Of a stretch of DNA of 64,000 nt, positions 62,753 through 64,000 are shown piece by piece (the stretch's first letter is position 1; each line of letters begins with the position of its first letter). Below the pieces are notes generated by a model. It did no database searches. It saw only the letters and a program-made list of their open reading frames with translations, and was not told the DNA's origin. The position numbers and the translations under genes are program-made. Location: assembly GCA_023920165.1 (NCBI GenBank), contig CP089275.1, positions 806,001-870,000 on the forward strand, written 5' to 3'. Source of the DNA: Curvularia clavata. Its lineage: Eukaryota.

Positions 62753-64000
62753 ATTTTAAGCATGAAGTAGTGCCTCGCATTAATGGATGCAAAGACGTCA
62801 GTATATGTATCATGAGACAATTCTTATAAAACTAGGATCTTACTCACCCGCTGCATATATTGTGTCTAGTTGCATCAACTTTTATGCTCTTGTCACATCA
62901 CGTTGTCGGCTTGGCGTGGTGTTACTCGCGTGACCTCGGCGCCCCGCACCAATCACTTCCTTTCGTCGAGTACTCGATCGGCCCTCAGCCAACCCTTTCG
63001 TAGAAGAGAGAAGCCTTCCTGTTACTTGCAACGGTCGGAAACTCTGGCTGGGGCTCAAATCATGCCTCCTGAAGCCTTGAAACTGTCGGATATGGTGCCC
63101 TCATTTTCGGTGGCGAAGATCACACGATTCAGAGGCACCCAAGACTGCGCAATATCGTTTATGAGACAGGCGCTTTTGTCGTTCTGGAAAACCAGTCCAA
63201 TCTGCTGACCGATTTTCAGGAATGCCGCGGCATATACCCCACAATCTTCCCCAGCCGGCTCTTGTTGTTCCACAAGTATGCATGGTCGGTATTAAATACT
63301 TTCCAAGAGCCGCATAGTGCTGTGTCATGCGCAGCTAGCGTTAATTTATCCTCATCGTGTCATTGGTTCTTTTTACTGCCTTTAGATGAAAACACCAATG
63401 TCGCACTCTACCTTGTCGGAAGCCAAGGGCTTTTCTTCCTGCGCTTTACCCCATCATATGTTTGAAAGCATGCACTGTGTATATACAGTCGCGGATCCGG
63501 GCTCCTGGATGCATTTGTCTTCTGGTCCATCAAATTTCTGTCAAATCTGTCGTATTGCTCCTAGGCTCGCAATTGACAATCATCGGCAACATGTATGCGG
63601 TCCCCGTATTATTCACTCAATCTGCGTAAGTATCTAAAACGCAGTCCACAATTGCATCAGCTCACGATAAAAAGATTTGAAACTCCATATTCCAGACTGA
63701 AAAATGGCGGCATATCTCCAACCGCGCCGTCCATCTCGTCGTCCGCCTCTTCAGATATTTCGTTCGGGTGTCTTGATCGGAGAGACTCCACTTCCTCGAA
63801 CGTGTCTACTGCAGCCTCTTCCACGGCTTCTATAAAAGAGAGCCCTCCCCCTAAGCATCGAAAAACACTCTCCAATGGATCCATCTCTCGGCGCCTACTT
63901 CAGAAACGTAAAACACATCAACCTCGACAGCAGAGTGTTTCGTTACCAACATCATCTCCCGTGACAGCCTTGTCGCCTCCGGCGCCAGCGTCTGTGGCGA

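Noticed and set aside
63055..64000. QQEPAGEDCGVY, reminiscent of the Ulp1/C48 protease catalytic Cys motif, plus an acidic ORF at the window edge
   Set aside because: No His/Asp triad motifs or continuous frame found; too weak to call a Mutator-type or protease relic.

Overview
This is eukaryotic DNA from a filamentous ascomycete (Pezizomycotina), judged by short GT..AG introns with CTAAC/CTGAC branch points, Zn2Cys6 factors and HET genes; it cannot be placed more finely from sequence alone. It reads as an accessory, gene-turnover region. In order it carries: a TfdA/TauD dioxygenase; a 4-exon small secreted Cys-rich protein; a HET pseudogene with at least 7 in-frame stops; a divergent PTH11-like receptor / heme-thiolate peroxygenase pair; a Zn2Cys6 TF + P450 + dedicated P450 reductase + sugar porter module; a SesA-like remnant; a PAN-PAN-AA5_2 copper radical oxidase; an intronless secreted His/Asp- and Cys-rich protein; an intact HET protein; an SGNH-like protein; an MDR reductase + C2H2/Zn2Cys6 TF + FAD monooxygenase + metallo-beta-lactamase module; a degenerate NADAR protein; alpha-1,3-glucan synthase; a HET fragment; a GH5 endoglucanase; a small two-repeat protein with six Cys-Pro motifs; and a kievitone-hydratase-like fragment. 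The best candidates for undescribed biology are the Cys-Pro/His repeat protein (61573-62128), the Kex2-processed His/Asp-Cys secreted protein (27004-27876), the NADAR pseudoenzyme and the two backbone-less catabolic clusters. All gene models were spliced by eye and family calls rest on recognised motifs; no database searches were run.
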